A stretch of 64,000 nucleotides of DNA, taken from Candidatus Bathyarchaeia archaeon. Lineage in GTDB: Archaea; Thermoproteota; Bathyarchaeia; Bathyarchaeales; Bathycorpusculaceae. How positions within the stretch are numbered: position 1 is the stretch's first letter; each line of letters starts with the position of its first letter. Position numbers and translations under genes: made by a program. The stretch covers positions 133,587-197,586 of the forward strand of contig JAVZLM010000002.1 of NCBI GenBank assembly GCA_038883775.1, in the 5' to 3' direction. The notes beneath the pieces are model-generated. The model was not told where the DNA came from. It saw only the letters and a list, made by a program, of their open reading frames with translations, and did no database searches. Positions 48,540 through 59,475 of the stretch are shown piece by piece.

Positions 48540-50009
48540 ATGACGAAAAGAGTGTTAGCCATTTTGATTGCTGCTCTTCTATTGCTAAGTTTCGTTAATA
48601 TTTCTTTGGAAACACTCGCAAATAAAACGCCGAAAAATGACAACACGTTCGAATCGAGAAAACGTTGTACAACCATTATTATTGGAAAGGAAGCGAGTGC
48701 AGACGGTTCAGTATTACTTGGTCATAACGAAGAACTAGGAGATAGAACATGCATGCATATACAGGTTGCTCCAAGCATGTCATATTCGCCGAACGATGTA
48801 ATTGAGACGTTCTTTGGCGCCAAAATAAGAGTTGGTGACATACCCTATTGGACGCCTACATCTTGCATCTACATTAGACTCGCCGCTTTTGATGAGAAAT
48901 ATGTCCCGGGCGACTTAGCGGCGGGTATAAACGAGTATCAGGTGTCAATAGCGAACAACCTTGCCTACTCGAAGGAAACATGGTTAAGAGATACTAAGGG
49001 GTGGCATGTTGCAAAAACAGGCGACATTCTTTGGAGCGAATTTATGGAAATCGCTTTAAAGTGGGCAAAAACATCCAGAGAGGCTGTTGAGATTATCGCT
49101 TGGCTTGCTGAAACATATGGCCTTGGATGCGATCCGGGAACAATGTTTGGAATAACCGATCCAAATGAAGGTTGGTGGATAGAGATAGGGTTTAAGCATT
49201 GGGTTGCAAAAAAGGTTCCAGACAACGCCATGGAAATGCGTGCAAACTATTTCAGAATAGGGACAGAATGGGATATGAGCTCCAGTGATCTGGTTGAGTT
49301 TGCAATAGAACAAGGATGGTACGACCCGAGCAGTGGACCATTCAATTGGACAGAAGTGTACGGTGATCCAAGCGGGTGGGGTTCATGGCAATACCTTCGT
49401 CACTGGCGTGTTGAATCCCTTTTAGAGGAATATGCTGATGGCGGTGTCTCCCTCAGCGAAATAACGAGCATTTTGAGGGATCATTATGAAGGAACATCAT
49501 ATGATACAACCAACATGTACGAGTACGGTTCGCCCCACAACACGCCTTACAGAACTATTTGTCGCGATTATACTGTTGAGAGTTTTGTTGCCCAGTCGAG
49601 AAACTGGATGCCTTCAGCAATTGGTGGTGTGATGTGGATTGCTCTGACTTCACCATGTTCAAGCGTCTATATACCATGGTATATGGGCATATTAAGCGTC
49701 CCCCAAGCATATCAGGTTGGCACTAACGGATATGATAAAAGCTCTGCTTGGTGGATATTCGAAAAATTATCCGATACTGTGGACAAGAATTATGACTCCA
49801 GAATATGGGCTGTTCGAAATGCGTGGCAATTATTTGAGGAGAAAGAATTTGACGATGTGCAATATCTTGAAGCCGAAGCAATGAAGCTTTGGATGAGCGG
49901 AAGTTATGATGAGGCACGAATGTGCTTGACATCTTACACATGGTACAGGGTGATGTCTGCAATGCAACTAGCCCTCAAACTTACAACAGAAATCAAACAT
50001 CTAAAATAA
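48540..50009 (+). CDS. Secreted C69 family dipeptidase (Ntn hydrolase)
   Basis: Signal peptide MTKRVLAILIAALLLL; CTTIIIGKEASADGSVLLGHNE, GINEYQV, DPNEGW, LRDHYEG; ATG at 48540 after GGAGG. Confidence 0.88.
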   Translation: MTKRVLAILIAALLLLSFVNISLETLANKTPKNDNTFESRKRCTTIIIGKEASADGSVLLGHNEELGDRTCMHIQVAPSMSYSPNDVIETFFGAKIRVGDIPYWTPTSCIYIRLAAFDEKYVPGDLAAGINEYQVSIANNLAYSKETWLRDTKGWHVAKTGDILWSEFMEIALKWAKTSREAVEIIAWLAETYGLGCDPGTMFGITDPNEGWWIEIGFKHWVAKKVPDNAMEMRANYFRIGTEWDMSSSDLVEFAIEQGWYDPSSGPFNWTEVYGDPSGWGSWQYLRHWRVESLLEEYADGGVSLSEITSILRDHYEGTSYDTTNMYEYGSPHNTPYRTICRDYTVESFVAQSRNWMPSAIGGVMWIALTSPCSSVYIPWYMGILSVPQAYQVGTNGYDKSSAWWIFEKLSDTVDKNYDSRIWAVRNAWQLFEEKEFDDVQYLEAEAMKLWMSGSYDEARMCLTSYTWYRVMSAMQLALKLTTEIKHLK

Positions 50010-50137
50010 AAACCCCACTTTATTTTTTACTCATAAGAATTTAGCCTTTAACTTATAGGTAAGAAACCAAGTATTTTGCATTGATATTGTCTTGCAATAT
50101 TAAATGCAAAAGTTATAAAAAAATGGGTGATTAACGT

Positions 50138-51730
50138 TTATGCTGGTGGTATTTCGCCGTAAATGTCCTGTAACGCGATGCCAATTCTTCTGTTTCGTTC
50201 TGCAAAAGCAAACCATATTAGGGAACCAACGAAAACCCATAAAGCCAAATACGCCATGCCCCAAGCGCTGAGCCAAGATGCGGCTACTGCTAATCCCCAA
50301 ACCCAGAAGAAAATTGCCAACGCACCGCATATACTTATGACGGGTATGCCAGCAAAGACTGCCTTAAACCCTCTTTCCCAAATGTCTGGACGTCTATAAG
50401 GCAGTATTACCCCTGCAAAGGCTATGAGTAGTTGGCTAAGGATGAAAATAAAGGTGGCATCTACAGTTGCGGCGAAAACATTACCAAGACTTAACGGTAT
50501 AAAGATGTAGGCAATCACCGCTGTTAAAATAACTGACCAGTGAGGTGAGTGGAAGCGTTCATTTACGCGGTTAAAGGCTTCTGGGAAGAATCTGTCGAAA
50601 GCCCATGCAAATGGTTGTCTTGGACCCACAAGCAAGGTTGCACCGGAACAATTAGAAATCCATAGGGCTGGAATAAAAGCAAATATTGCTTGAAGCCACA
50701 CTTGTCCATGTGCTAAGGGTACTGTGAATAGAGGCAGGCTTGGATCCATCATTGTCATCGTAGTTACTTGGTCAGTGTATCCTTCTCCATAGACGTAACA
50801 GTATTGGCTGACGAAATCTCCATAAGCGGTGTATACACCAATAACTGTTGCGACATACCAGAACATTACGAATAGTGTTGCAGCAAAAACGCCAACTATA
50901 AAGCCTGATTTTGGAGATTTCATTTCTCCACCAAAATAGCATGCTGCCGTGGTTCCCCAGTAAGCCCAGAAAGTGTCTACGAAATTAAGTATTGTTGCAC
51001 CTCCAGCACCGCCAGCTTCTTCAGTGGCGCCTGCCACATAGTCAGCCCAACCATTATCGATAGCTACTTGTTGCACTTGTTCCCATGAGCCTGTGCCGTA
51101 GGTTAGATTCCAAGCTTCTTTTACATAGGCTGGGTTCATAATTCCGTAGAAGGTGGCACCCACCCCGAGAAAGCTTCCCACGATGCCTATGGCAACCAAT
51201 CCAGCCACATACCACCTAAACACTCGTATACCTAGCAATGACAACAGTGTGTAAAGCGTAACTATTACCACAGCGATCATGCCTAACCCTGTATTATCAA
51301 GTGCAAACTCAATCCAAGCAGTATTGCCAGTGGCATTACCCAGCAGGTTAATCACTTTAACCCAGAATCCGGCCCCAATTACAGCTAACACTCCGGTGGC
51401 AAAATTATTAGCCACAAAATACAACCAGTCTCCGAGAAAGCCCACGTGTGGGTCCAACACTCGTGACACGTAAATGTAGCTTCCTCCAGATCTCGGCATC
51501 ATTATTCCCATTTCAGTAATTACGTAAGCCAAGAAAATCGCTGGCAAAGCACCAATAATATACGCAATGGGAATTATTGATCCAGGATGCCAATAAGAGG
51601 CTTGCACAGACCAATAGTTTATTCCGCTGCCAATGGTGTAGCTAAGCGAAACAGAGAACGCTGACCACCAGCCTAGCTCCCTAACCAATCCGGTTGCCTT
51701 TCTTGGAAAAGCAAATTTAACTTCGGCCAA
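50138..51730 (-). CDS. APC-family amino acid/amine permease
   Basis: RKATGLVREL, MPRSGGSYIYVSR, GGEMKSP, FAWAFDRFFP; about 12 TM. Confidence 0.9.
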   Translation of the reverse strand: MAEVKFAFPRKATGLVRELGWWSAFSVSLSYTIGSGINYWSVQASYWHPGSIIPIAYIIGALPAIFLAYVITEMGIMMPRSGGSYIYVSRVLDPHVGFLGDWLYFVANNFATGVLAVIGAGFWVKVINLLGNATGNTAWIEFALDNTGLGMIAVVIVTLYTLLSLLGIRVFRWYVAGLVAIGIVGSFLGVGATFYGIMNPAYVKEAWNLTYGTGSWEQVQQVAIDNGWADYVAGATEEAGGAGGATILNFVDTFWAYWGTTAACYFGGEMKSPKSGFIVGVFAATLFVMFWYVATVIGVYTAYGDFVSQYCYVYGEGYTDQVTTMTMMDPSLPLFTVPLAHGQVWLQAIFAFIPALWISNCSGATLLVGPRQPFAWAFDRFFPEAFNRVNERFHSPHWSVILTAVIAYIFIPLSLGNVFAATVDATFIFILSQLLIAFAGVILPYRRPDIWERGFKAVFAGIPVISICGALAIFFWVWGLAVAASWLSAWGMAYLALWVFVGSLIWFAFAERNRRIGIALQDIYGEIPPA

Positions 51731-51888
51731 AGCCTTCCCTTCTTCGTTCTTTAGATACGTATAGATTTCTTTTTAAGCTTTGTTATTTAGCCAAAAACCC
51801 GAAGCCCTATCTTTAAAATGGTTAATAAGGCGCAAATTTTAGAAATAAAAGACAAAATTTATGACATCTAATAGATACAGAATAAACA

Positions 51889-52725
51889 GTGAAAAATATG
51901 ATAATAATTACTGTAGCTCCAACAGGTTCAGGTCCAATGTGGAAAGAAACGTCCCATCTTCCAATAACCCCAGAGCAAATAGCTGAAGAAGCAGTAAAAT
52001 CCTATGAGGCTGGAGCCGCCGTCGCTCACATTCATGTCAGAAATCCAAAAACTAAGGAGCCGTATCCAGACGTTAAACTATATGGTGAAGTTATGGAACG
52101 AATCAGAGACAAATGCGACATGATTATTCAGCTCACAACAGGCGGCGGCGGTCCCTATGGCATCTCCTTGGAACAAAGAATGTGTGCTCTCGAACTGAAC
52201 CCAGAGTTTGCATCACTGAACGTGGCTACCATGACCTTTGGTAACGGCGTATTCCTAAACCCTCCAGAGGCTGTAGAGAAAATTGCCAAGGTAATGCTTG
52301 AGCGAAACATAAAACCAGAGGTTGAATGCTACGATGTTGGACACATAAACTTGGCACTTCAATTATTTGAGAAAGGATTACTGAGAGAACCATTAAGGTT
52401 TGGACTAGTTTTAGGAGTGAGAGGCGGAATCCCCGCAACCCCAGAAAACCTTATGCACATGGTGAAATCTTTACCAAAAAACTGCAGGTGGAATGTCATA
52501 GCCGTCGGAGGCAGAGTTCAATTTCAACTCCTAACCATCGGGATGCTTCTAGGCGGAGACGTTCGAGTGGGAATGGAAGACAACATCTATATCGCCAAAG
52601 GAGTCTTAGCCAAAAGTAACGCTGAATTAGTTACCAAAGTTGCTAGAATAGCTAAGGAACTTGGCATAGAAATAGCCACTCCCAGCGAAGCCAGAAAACT
52701 TCTTGGATTAACTAAAAAATCTTGA
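51889..52725 (+). CDS. Beta-keto acid cleavage enzyme (BKACE/Kce, DUF849)
   Basis: IITVAPTG, LPITPEQIA, AGAAVAHIHVR, TTGG, KPEVECYD, VRVGMEDN. Confidence 0.92.
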   Translation: MKNMIIITVAPTGSGPMWKETSHLPITPEQIAEEAVKSYEAGAAVAHIHVRNPKTKEPYPDVKLYGEVMERIRDKCDMIIQLTTGGGGPYGISLEQRMCALELNPEFASLNVATMTFGNGVFLNPPEAVEKIAKVMLERNIKPEVECYDVGHINLALQLFEKGLLREPLRFGLVLGVRGGIPATPENLMHMVKSLPKNCRWNVIAVGGRVQFQLLTIGMLLGGDVRVGMEDNIYIAKGVLAKSNAELVTKVARIAKELGIEIATPSEARKLLGLTKKS

Positions 52726-54039
52726 GTGATGAATATGAAAGAAATGGAAAAATCAAAGGAACTTTTTGAAGAAGCAAAAAAACTCACGCCCGGAGGAGTC
52801 CACAGCTCATTACGATTTTTCGACCCTTACCCTATCTTCATATCAAAAGCAAGTGGTTCAAGAATTTATGATGTGGATGGCAATCAATACATTGATTATC
52901 ACTTGGCTTTTGGACCTGTAATTTTGGGACATGCCCACCCAAGCATTACCGCTGCTGTTAAAGAACAATTGGATAATGGCGTAATTTATGGTCTTTGTAA
53001 CGAATTGGAGGTTAAAGTTGCCAAAAAAATTGTGGCTTACGTTCCCTCAGCCCAAATGGTTAGATTTTGCAATAGCGGCACAGAAGCCACTTATCATGCC
53101 ATCCGTTTAGCAAGGGCTTACACTGGCAGGAGCAAAATTGTAAAGTTTGAGGGCGCATATCACGGATGGCACGACATAGTATCCTTCAGTTCAAGCCCAA
53201 CATTAAAGGAAGCTGGATCAAAAAAGAGCCCAAAACCAGTTCCAGACACCGCAGGACTCACCGCTGATGCAGCGAAACAAGTAATTATCGTTCCCTTTAA
53301 TGACCAAGAGGCAGTGGAAAAAGCAGTAAAAAAGCATCATAATGAGATTGCAGCGTTAATCACAGAACCCGTCCTCCATGGTAGCGCCACATGCATCACG
53401 CCAAAAGAGGGTTTCCTAAAATTTTTGAGGGAAATCACCGAAGAATATGGCATTGTACTGATTTTTGACGAAGTAGTCTCGGGCTTTCGTCACCATTTAG
53501 GCGGAGCCCAAAAGATCTTCAACGTGACGCCAGACTTGACAACATTTGCAAAGGCTATGGCAAACGGTTTCCCAGTAGCGGCAGTTTGTGGGAAAAAAGA
53601 ACTTATGGAATATTTTAGGCCCACGGGCAATGTTGATTATGGCGGCACATTTAACGGAAATCCCATATCCATGGCTGCCACGCTAGCAACAATAGAGGAA
53701 TTAGAGTACAACAAGGTTCATAAGCGTCTCTTTAAGCTCGGAGAGGAAGTTAGAAATCAGTTTAATGAAATTATTGCCAAATTGAAACTTGAAGCTCAAA
53801 TAGTTGGTTTTGGGTCGGTTTTTCAAATACTATTTACAAAAAAGCAAGTCACCAATTACAGAGACACCTTATTCTCAAAAAATGATTTGTTCATGAAGTT
53901 TCAAAAGGAAATGATGAAAAGAGGAGTCTTCATTCTCCCCAAACCCAATAAAAGATGTCACATCTCAGTTGCTCATACAGAAGATGATATAAACTACACA
54001 ATTGAAAATGCTAAAGAGGCATTGAAGAAAGTGAAATAA
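52726..54039 (+). CDS. Class III PLP aminotransferase (glutamate-1-semialdehyde aminomutase-like)
   Basis: PGGVHS, DVDGNQYIDY, NSGTEAT, FEGAYHG, IFDEVVSGFR, TFAKAMANG, GGTFNGNP. Confidence 0.88.
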   Translation: MMNMKEMEKSKELFEEAKKLTPGGVHSSLRFFDPYPIFISKASGSRIYDVDGNQYIDYHLAFGPVILGHAHPSITAAVKEQLDNGVIYGLCNELEVKVAKKIVAYVPSAQMVRFCNSGTEATYHAIRLARAYTGRSKIVKFEGAYHGWHDIVSFSSSPTLKEAGSKKSPKPVPDTAGLTADAAKQVIIVPFNDQEAVEKAVKKHHNEIAALITEPVLHGSATCITPKEGFLKFLREITEEYGIVLIFDEVVSGFRHHLGGAQKIFNVTPDLTTFAKAMANGFPVAAVCGKKELMEYFRPTGNVDYGGTFNGNPISMAATLATIEELEYNKVHKRLFKLGEEVRNQFNEIIAKLKLEAQIVGFGSVFQILFTKKQVTNYRDTLFSKNDLFMKFQKEMMKRGVFILPKPNKRCHISVAHTEDDINYTIENAKEALKKVK

Positions 54040-54115
54040 ACTATCATGAAAATGTGAAAGGAGCATAGTAATTTATAAAAATAGTTAAATCATAACTTAT
54101 GAGCCAAATGGAGGT

Positions 54116-55711
54116 TTGTTGATGAGCTATGATATCATAATTAAGGGTGGAGTAATTGTAGACGGAACGGGTGCTCCCTCTTTTAAAGGCGACATTGGAA
54201 TAAAAGATGAAAACATTGCTAAGATAGGCGATTTAAGTGGAGTTAAGGCTGAAAAAATCTTGAATTGTGAAGGTTTGATTGTCACACCAGGCTTTATTGA
54301 CATTCACAATCACAGCGACATTGATATATTGGCAATTCCAACAGCAGATAATTATATAATGCAAGGGGTTACAACCATTGTTGTAGGAAATTGTGGATCA
54401 ACTTGTGCTCCACTCTCAGAGAAAAATAAGGACTTACTTATCAAATCATTGCCATCCTACGCTAAAGAACTTCAAGTTGACTGGAAAACCTTTAAAGAAT
54501 ACCTTGAAAGAGTTGAAAAAGTTTCTCCATCAATTAATTTTGTTGCATTGGTAGGTCATGGAACTGTGAGAAGCGCGGTTTTAGGCTTAGAAAGGAGAGA
54601 ACCTAACAAACAAGAGTTGGAGGAAATGAAGTTTTATGTTCGAGAAGCAATGGAAGCCGGATGTTTTGGGTTAAGCACGGGTCTAATATATGATCCGGGA
54701 GTTTTCTCTAAAACGGATGAGATAATTTCACTTGCAAAAGTGGCTGCACAACATGGCGGAATCTATACTTCCCACATCCGAAACGAATCTGATCTGCTTT
54801 TAGACGCTATTAATGAAGCCATAACAATTGGAGAAACAGCAAAATTGCCAGTTGAAATTTCACATCTCAAGGCTTCCGCCCAAAGAAACTGGGGACTTGT
54901 AAAAACAGCCTTGGAACTTATAGCGCATGGCAGACATAAGGATGTTGAGGTAACATGCGACGTCTACCCATATAATGCTTGGATGACTGATCTTTTGGCG
55001 CTTCTGCCACCGTGGACACGGGAAGGAGGCTTAGAAAGTACTATTTCAAAAATAAGAGATGAAAATGATCGAAAGAAAATAATTGAAGATTTAAAAAAGC
55101 CCAGTTTAGAGTGGGAGAACACGCTATATGATGTTGGAATGGAGTTCATCAGGTTAGCTTACTCTGAAAAATACAAAAAGTTCGAAGGGAAACCGCTCTC
55201 TCAAATAGCAAGGGAACTTGGAAAGGATCCTTTTGAGGCGATTCTCGAAATGGTTGAAGAAGACGGCTATTCAGCTAAAATTGTCGGCGGAGGAATGAGT
55301 GAAGAAGATGTTGAATATGCTATAAAACATCCACTTTCAATGGTTTCAAGCGATGGAAGCATCACAAAGTTTGGAGAGGGAAAACCGCATCCGCGTCTTT
55401 ACGGAACTTTTCCCAGAGTTATTTCGCGGTATGTTAAAGAGAAACGCATACTAAGCCTTGAAGAAGCAGTAAAGAAGATGACATGTATGCCTGCTTGGAA
55501 ACTTAGAATCTGGAATAGAGGCATAATAAGACCTGGAATGAAAGCGGATTTAACAGTTTTTGATTATTGGCAAATTAGAGATACAGCTACCTTCGAAAAT
55601 CCGCATAGTTATCCAGAAGGAATAAAATATGTGCTTGTAAATGGAAAACTAGTAGTTGAAGACGGAGCCCACACGGGAATGAAAAATGGACGTGTTTTGA
55701 GGAAAACCTAA
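54116..55711 (+). CDS. N-acyl-D-amino-acid deacylase (D-aminoacylase family)
   Basis: PGFIDIHNHSD, QGVTT.VVGNCG, STGLIY, SHIRNE, SHLK, DVYPY, SSDG, PHPRLYGTFPR. Confidence 0.92.
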   Translation: MLMSYDIIIKGGVIVDGTGAPSFKGDIGIKDENIAKIGDLSGVKAEKILNCEGLIVTPGFIDIHNHSDIDILAIPTADNYIMQGVTTIVVGNCGSTCAPLSEKNKDLLIKSLPSYAKELQVDWKTFKEYLERVEKVSPSINFVALVGHGTVRSAVLGLERREPNKQELEEMKFYVREAMEAGCFGLSTGLIYDPGVFSKTDEIISLAKVAAQHGGIYTSHIRNESDLLLDAINEAITIGETAKLPVEISHLKASAQRNWGLVKTALELIAHGRHKDVEVTCDVYPYNAWMTDLLALLPPWTREGGLESTISKIRDENDRKKIIEDLKKPSLEWENTLYDVGMEFIRLAYSEKYKKFEGKPLSQIARELGKDPFEAILEMVEEDGYSAKIVGGGMSEEDVEYAIKHPLSMVSSDGSITKFGEGKPHPRLYGTFPRVISRYVKEKRILSLEEAVKKMTCMPAWKLRIWNRGIIRPGMKADLTVFDYWQIRDTATFENPHSYPEGIKYVLVNGKLVVEDGAHTGMKNGRVLRKT

Positions 55712-55717
55712 CCTTCC

Positions 55718-57439
55718 CTATTCTTTTTGAACAATGTAAGCTGGGTTTTTCAAAATTGGTAACTCGATGTAAGATGGATATTGGTGGTTATGATAAATTT
55801 TCTGCTCTGCCACAACGCTTTCCATGTCTGTTCCAATGTCCTTGCCAGTGTTCTGATTCTTAAGAAAGTAGGGAAAAGCGCTGCTTGATACTTCAAGTCT
55901 TATTTTGTGTCCTTTCTTAAACTGATTTGCAGTATTACTCATGTTAATATCGTACTCATAGACAACTCTTGGCTCTATTAATGTAGGCTTATTAAAAGAT
56001 GTTCTATACCTCGCCCTAACGATTCCTATGGTGAGGTATATGGCCATGTCATTTGGATAAATGTCTACAAGTTTTGCCACAAAGTCTGTGTCCACTGCTG
56101 ATGATGAGGCAAATATTTTGGCCTTAATTGGTCCAACAACGTTAATGTCTTCTTTCAAAGGAGGAGTTGTGTATACTAGAACGTCATCTCTGCGTTCAAC
56201 GGTCCTCTGATCCAATATTACATTTTCAGAATCGCCTAATGGGAAGGGTGCTGGATTTTCAGGATCGTAAGTGTACTGGTCAAATTTTTCATTCCTTGGA
56301 GGTTCAGTGTTTAGAACCCCATCTCCGTATAGGCTATTTGCCTTTCCACCGCTATGTAAATAGTAGCGCACGAAAGAAACTCCTTCGGGAGGCCAATTCT
56401 GTGCTTTGCACCATTTATTTGCACCCATCAAAAAATATTTGACTGGTGGTTCTTTCATGATCCCCGTGTCTTTTCCTTTAAGCCAATAGTCGAACCACTG
56501 AAGCATAATCTCTTTTAAGTTAATGTTAGCTTCTTCTCCAAATTTTATCTCGCCGAAAGATGTTACTATTCTACAATGGGGCCATGGACCTATCAGAAGT
56601 TTATGATGGGTTCCAGCTGGAAGTTTCTTTCCTTTTTCCTTAACTCCGAGAAAGTTGTTTATTGTTCCGTCAATATCAGAGCTGGAATACCAACCGCCAA
56701 TGTTCAGTGATGCTACTGCAACTCTCTCATGTTTATTTTCGTAGCTGAATTTTTCCCAGTATTCATCGTAGCATGGATGTTTGAAGTAATCTTTCCACCA
56801 TGGAAAGTTAAATCCGAGATGCTCATCTAAGTTGATTAAAGGAAGCTTTTTGTAAGCCTTTCTCCAGTCAATTTCCTTTTCAAGCTTATTCCTTGATGTG
56901 CGGCCTGCTGTATGCACGCACCAAGATAGCCATCCTTGCACTACTCCTCCACGCATGAAGCCTCCGTTAAAATATGAGTCTGAAGTTGCGTCCCGCGGAG
57001 CAATACATTTTAGATGTTTGTTTCCAGAAATCGCAGCGGACCAACATAGACAACCAGGATAAGAGCAGCCGAACATTCCAACATTTCCATTTGACCATTC
57101 TTGTGTTCCACACCATTCAATAGTGTCATATCCGTCTTCAAAATCATAAATTTCAATGTAAAACTCGCCTTCAGAATCATACCTTCCCCGGCAATCTTGA
57201 ATTACCATAACGTATCCTCTTTCAACGAAAAACTGGATAAATTCCCTCGTTTCATCGTTGCTTAAGTCAAAGTTGCATTTTCCATAGTAGGTACGCATGA
57301 GCAGAACAGGATATTTTCCTTCCTTATCTGGGAGATAAATGTCTGCAGAAAGTCGTACACCATCTCTCATAGGTACCCAAACATTGTAGTTTACCTTTAC
57401 TCTATAAGTTGGCTTTGACAAATTCTTTCGCCATTCCAT
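55718..57439 (-). CDS. CocE/NonD family serine hydrolase (Xaa-Pro dipeptidyl-peptidase-like)
   Basis: VPMRDGVRLSADIY, QDCRGRYDSEG, GCSYPG nucleophile, GPWPH, FKKGHKIRLEVSSS; ATG at 57439 after GAGG. Confidence 0.92.
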   Translation of the reverse strand: MEWRKNLSKPTYRVKVNYNVWVPMRDGVRLSADIYLPDKEGKYPVLLMRTYYGKCNFDLSNDETREFIQFFVERGYVMVIQDCRGRYDSEGEFYIEIYDFEDGYDTIEWCGTQEWSNGNVGMFGCSYPGCLCWSAAISGNKHLKCIAPRDATSDSYFNGGFMRGGVVQGWLSWCVHTAGRTSRNKLEKEIDWRKAYKKLPLINLDEHLGFNFPWWKDYFKHPCYDEYWEKFSYENKHERVAVASLNIGGWYSSSDIDGTINNFLGVKEKGKKLPAGTHHKLLIGPWPHCRIVTSFGEIKFGEEANINLKEIMLQWFDYWLKGKDTGIMKEPPVKYFLMGANKWCKAQNWPPEGVSFVRYYLHSGGKANSLYGDGVLNTEPPRNEKFDQYTYDPENPAPFPLGDSENVILDQRTVERRDDVLVYTTPPLKEDINVVGPIKAKIFASSSAVDTDFVAKLVDIYPNDMAIYLTIGIVRARYRTSFNKPTLIEPRVVYEYDINMSNTANQFKKGHKIRLEVSSSAFPYFLKNQNTGKDIGTDMESVVAEQKIYHNHQYPSYIELPILKNPAYIVQKE

Positions 57440-57468
57440 TTTATCAACCTCAATGTTTTTAACATTAA

Positions 57469-58494
57469 TTAAGTCTTCGCCATAAGTATTTCCCAAAGTT
57501 TTCTTGCGTAGCTTGAAATGTCAATTTCCTTTGCTCTATGGCATGCTACTGTGTGGTTTTTTCCAACATCTATTAGTTGGGGTTCTTCCTTTAGGCATTT
57601 CTCCGTTGCATATCTACATCTTGGATGAAACCTACAACCAGTTGGAGGATTAATGGGACTTGGGGGTTCGCCACTGACAACAAAACGTTCTACATTTTTG
57701 GCTTCAGGCTTTGGTATGGGTGCTGCAGACAATAGTGCAGCGGTGTATGGATGCATTGTGTTACTAAATAATTCATCTGTTTCGGCAACTTCAACAATCT
57801 TCCCTAAATACATGACTGCAATTCTATCACTGACATGTCTAACCGTTACAAGATCATGAGTTATGAATAAATATGTTAGGTTAAGTTCTCTCTGAAGTTT
57901 AAGTAGAAGATTTAAAATCTGAGCTTGAACTGAAACGTCTAGAGAAGATGTTGGTTCGTCCAGAACCACCAGGTCGGGATTAAGAATTATTGCTCGCGCT
58001 ACAGCCACCCTTTGCTGTTGCCCTCCGCTAAGCTCATGAGGATACCTTCCCAAATGTTCTTCTCCGAGCCCAACCATTTTGAGGATTTCTATTATTCTAG
58101 CTGTGCGCTCTTCATCAATTTTTATACCATGAGTGATTAGGGGTCTTTTCAAAGTTTCCTTGACGGTCATCCGAGGATTAAGCGATGATAATGGATCTTG
58201 AAAGACTATACTCATACGTTTTCTAAATTTCATCAACTCCTTTTGAGATTTCTCCGCGATGTTCACGCCATCAAAGAATATTTTTCCGGAAGTAGGATCG
58301 ATTAATCTCAAAACTAGTAGCCCCACTGTTGTCTTTCCAGACCCGGATTCTCCGACTAACCCTAATGTTTCGCTCTTGTTAACATAAAAGCTGATGCCGT
58401 CAACTGCCTTAATATAACTTGGCTTTGCAAGAATGCCTCTCTTGATTAAAAAGTACTTCTTTAAATCTTCAACGTTAAGCAGAGAATTTTGCGT
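57469..58494 (-). CDS. Oligopeptide/dipeptide ABC ATPase (OppF/DppF-like), probable ACG start
   Basis: Frame open to 58497 and includes KAVDGISF and Walker [10 protein letters not shown] upstream of the ORF-track start; [20 protein letters not shown]. Confidence 0.88.
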   Translation of the reverse strand, partial: TQNSLLNVEDLKKYFLIKRGILAKPSYIKAVDGISFYVNKSETLGLVGESGSGKTTVGLLVLRLIDPTSGKIFFDGVNIAEKSQKELMKFRKRMSIVFQDPLSSLNPRMTVKETLKRPLITHGIKIDEERTARIIEILKMVGLGEEHLGRYPHELSGGQQQRVAVARAIILNPDLVVLDEPTSSLDVSVQAQILNLLLKLQRELNLTYLFITHDLVTVRHVSDRIAVMYLGKIVEVAETDELFSNTMHPYTAALLSAAPIPKPEAKNVERFVVSGEPPSPINPPTGCRFHPRCRYATEKCLKEEPQLIDVGKNHTVACHRAKEIDISSYARKLWEILMAKT

Positions 58495-58497
58495 GTT

Positions 58498-59475
58498 CTA
58501 GCCTCCATAAAGGTGACATGCCACTGTATGATTTTTTCCAACTTCACTTAATTGAGGCTCTTCTTTTACGCATTTTTCAGTTGTGTATTTGCATCTCGGA
58601 TGGAACCTGCAACCAATTGGAGGATTAATAGGATTTGGTAAAGTTCCTGGAATATAATCTATTTCTGTTTTACGTTCAAAGCCGACAGGTATACATCTTA
58701 GCAATCCTTGCGTGTAGGGATGCAATGGTTCATTAAAAACATCCCTTACTGAGCCTCCTTCAACAACTTTTCCAGAATACATAACTGCAACTTCATCTCC
58801 TCTTTCGGCAACCAAACCAAAATTATGGGTTATAAGCATTATTGACATGCTGCTCCTCTTTTTGATTTCTAATAGCAGATCCATTATCTGAGCCTGCACC
58901 GTAACGTCAAGCGCAGTTGTGGGTTCATCTGCTATTAGCAGCTTAGGTTCGCATGATATCATCATGGCTATCATAGATCTCTGCCTCATGCCACCACTTA
59001 AAACGTGCGGATAACTTTTAGCTCGCATCTCTGGATCCGGTATCTTAACCTTTCCTATAAGTTCAATTGCTTTTTTCCAAGCATCCTCTTGGGACGTGTT
59101 AAAATGGACTATTGGGGCTTCAGAAATTTGATAGCCGATGTTGAAAACCGGGTTAAGCGATTTCATAGGACTTTGAAAGATCATTGCAATCTCTTTCCCA
59201 CGAATCTTCCTCATCTCACTTTCTGGAAGCTTGAGCAAATCGGTTCCGTCATAGATTATGTTTCCATCCACTATTTTTCCTGGATAAAAGATCAAACGCA
59301 TTATGGAGAGAGCTGTTACGCTTTTTCCACAGCCAGTTTCTCCGACAAGGCAGAAAACCTCGTTTTTGTTTATCGTTAGGCTAACTCCATCCACAGCCTT
59401 TAAAACGCCCTTGCTCAGATAAAAATGCGTTCTTAAATTTTTAACTGTCAAAAGTGGAGCATCCAAGCAAATCAC
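58498..59475 (-). CDS. Oligopeptide/dipeptide ABC ATPase (OppD/DppD-like)
   Basis: GETGCGKS, LSGGMRQR, ADEPTTALD, CRFHPRC. Confidence 0.93.
   Translation of the reverse strand: MICLDAPLLTVKNLRTHFYLSKGVLKAVDGVSLTINKNEVFCLVGETGCGKSVTALSIMRLIFYPGKIVDGNIIYDGTDLLKLPESEMRKIRGKEIAMIFQSPMKSLNPVFNIGYQISEAPIVHFNTSQEDAWKKAIELIGKVKIPDPEMRAKSYPHVLSGGMRQRSMIAMMISCEPKLLIADEPTTALDVTVQAQIMDLLLEIKKRSSMSIMLITHNFGLVAERGDEVAVMYSGKVVEGGSVRDVFNEPLHPYTQGLLRCIPVGFERKTEIDYIPGTLPNPINPPIGCRFHPRCKYTTEKCVKEEPQLSEVGKNHTVACHLYGG

Noticed and set aside
57540-58630. Similar DNA at the 3' ends of oppD and oppF ([13 protein letters not shown]...[15 protein letters not shown])
   Set aside because: Explained by the conserved C-terminal domain of paralogous peptide ABC ATPases, not a mobile repeat
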